Virus record (IMG/VR): IMGVR_UViG_2895442618_000001
Location: 1 to 64,000 of that record
Source of the DNA: a virus
Taxonomy: Duplodnaviria > Caudoviricetes
Direction: 5' to 3' (one strand)
DNA: 64,000 nucleotides
The notes under the pieces were generated by a model. It saw only the letters and a list, made by a program, of their open reading frames with translations, had not been told where the DNA came from and did not search any database. How positions within the stretch are numbered: the first letter of the stretch is position 1; each line of letters starts with the position of its first letter. Shown one piece after another: positions 62,455 to 64,000 of the stretch. The translations under genes and the position numbers were made by a program.

Positions 62455-62733
62455 ATGAGCAAGAGCGACTACACACCCGACGACCGCGAAGCCAAGACCT
62501 TCGCCCGCTTCAAGCGGCACTACGAGGCGCACAAGGCGCTCCTGCCCGAGGTCAAGGAGATGGCTGCCCACGCGCTCAAGCAGGGGGCGACCACCGGCCA
62601 GCTCGCCAAATGGACGGGCCTCACAGACGAGTTGTTCCGCCGCATCGCCCGAGCCGAAGGAGTCGAACGGCACCGCCCGCCCACTGTGGGACGGGATGCC
62701 ACGCCCGCACCTCCCGCCGGCGAGTCGGAGTAG
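62455..62733 (+). CDS. small divergent DNA-binding (repressor-like) protein
   Basis: Helical, with an HTH-like ATTGQLAKWTGLTDELFRRI; divergent from the operator-laden promoter. Confidence 0.65.
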   Translation: MSKSDYTPDDREAKTFARFKRHYEAHKALLPEVKEMAAHALKQGATTGQLAKWTGLTDELFRRIARAEGVERHRPPTVGRDATPAPPAGESE

Positions 62734-62737
62734 CTGT

Positions 62738-63348
62738 TCACCTCTCGCCCTTCCCGTCCAGGTAGTCGATCCGCCAGGTCGGGTGGCACGGGATGATCCG
62801 CTTCGGGTCGTCGTCGAGCCGGACACGGAGTGCCGCATCCTTGAAGCCCACGATGGTGCCCGCCTGCCCTCGGAACTTGATCCGGGCGCCGCGCTTGGCG
62901 GGCACCTGGTAGTAGCGGCGGATGTAGTCGGCGCTGCCCTTGGTCATCAGGGAGCCTCCCCGATCTCGTCGTCGCGGGGATCCCATGCCTCGTTCAGGTC
63001 CCGTTCCGTGGACGCCCACACGTTGGTCGGGCAGGGCCACGCGAACCCGCACTCGCCGCACAGGCCGGACGTCGTCCCGTGCGGCCCTTCACTCTTGGAG
63101 TGGGCGTCGGCGATCCTGCCGAGCCGGCCGGACGGGTCGACGAGCACGATCCGTGTTGATCCGTTGTGCCCGTGGACGTGCTTGACGTCGTCGATCCGGT
63201 TGTAGTGGACCGTGGATGGACGCTCACCGCGCCAGCGGAGCGCTACCGCCCCGTCCGGCCACAGCACGCCGTCGGCGACCTCGCCTGTGCCGGACACCCC
63301 GCTGACGTCCTCGTCGCGGACCAGCTTGAACAGCATCGGCGCGGCCAT
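62738..63348 (-). CDS. two conserved-looking phage ORFs (62738-62947, 62947-63348)
   Basis: YIRRYYQVPAKRGARI; FKLVRDEDVSGVSGTGEVADGVLWPDG. Confidence 0.7.
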
Positions 63349-64000
63349 CAGGAAGCCTCCTTCCGTTGGGAGGCGTGACGGCGGCGGAAAGTCTCGTACC
63401 GGTCCCGCAGCGTCGACGTACGCCGCGTCTTGGCCACTGCGATTGCTTGCAGCCAGTCCACCGCCGCGCCTGTCGGTTCGATGCCGTCCAGACGCATGCG
63501 CCGCACCGACCAGGCCAGGCGGTGGGCGGCAGCCATCAGCGGGTTCGACGGCATGCGATCCCAGGTGGTGGTGCCTTCGGCGTCGGGGACGTGGCGGACG
63601 GTGATGGGGCGGCGCCGGAGCAGGTTGTTCACCTCGTCGACCGCCTGCCGGTCGCGGCACCCGCCGCTTGCTGGCTTCCGGGTGCGGGCCATGTGCTGCA
63701 CGGCGGCGATCACTTCCTGGTTGTCGAGCAACAGCGTTACGGGGCCTTCTCCGGAGCGGCGCAGCGCAAATCTGACGGCCTGCATCTCCGCTGTTTGGCT
63801 GTTCATGCGCGGGCCGTGGCACGTCCCGACAGTGACGTGGCCGTCGCCGGAGACGGCAGCGAACCCGGCGTGCTCGCATTCCGGGGTGACCGACCCGTCG
63901 GTGCCGATCACGTTGCGCTGCCCGGTGAATCCGTCCAGGCGGAAGCGTATGGGGCGGGCTACCTCGAATGTCTCGGGCGCCTGATGCGGCGCTGTCCAGC
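63348..64000 (-). CDS. RNase H-like protein (5' end lies beyond the window)
   Basis: GTDGS, TAEMQAV, LLDNQEV motifs; frame stays open to the window edge. Confidence 0.7.
   Translation of the reverse strand, partial: WTAPHQAPETFEVARPIRFRLDGFTGQRNVIGTDGSVTPECEHAGFAAVSGDGHVTVGTCHGPRMNSQTAEMQAVRFALRRSGEGPVTLLLDNQEVIAAVQHMARTRKPASGGCRDRQAVDEVNNLLRRRPITVRHVPDAEGTTTWDRMPSNPLMAAAHRLAWSVRRMRLDGIEPTGAAVDWLQAIAVAKTRRTSTLRDRYETFRRRHASQRKEAS

Larger units (their letters stand above)
16284..64000 (-). mobile_element. siphovirus-type actinomycete prophage (boundaries not visible)
   Basis: Complete lysis-tail-head-packaging gene order plus early genes; no integrase in the window. Confidence 0.9.

Overview
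High-GC DNA from a filamentous actinomycete (inferred from gene content). The window is almost entirely mobile DNA. 1-13.4 kb: an AICE/Streptomyces-plasmid-like transfer region (GntR/KorSA-type regulator with operators, Xis-like HTH, Spd-like membrane proteins, FtsK/TraB translocase with candidate clt repeats, about a dozen small ORFs including a divergent HU). No integrase or Rep was seen in this region. It runs without a visible att junction through a tRNA(CAT) gene and a class F sortase/substrate pair into a siphovirus-type prophage on the minus strand: lysis 16.3-18.4 kb, tail 18.6-31.0 kb, head and packaging 31.0-39.6 kb, HNH genes, an IS630, a second minor-tail cassette 44.3-48.4 kb, a stand-alone tnpB, and early/accessory genes to the window end. 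The most notable locus is 53.1-55.2 kb: a Ro60/TROVE (Rsr) gene preceded by three tandem Y-RNA-like genes. Each of the three carries a different anticodon-like 7-nt loop (Ser-GCU, Leu-CAA, Pro-UGG), and one is a circularly permuted tRNA-Pro. Other highlights: the IS630 sits in the TA of a reconstructed perfect PafBC/RecA-NDp promoter; a leaderless two-gene zinc-finger cassette is duplicated 47 kb apart; the tail chaperone has a -1 frameshift site; and there is a small alarmone hydrolase. All product calls are from motif recognition by eye; no database searches were run.
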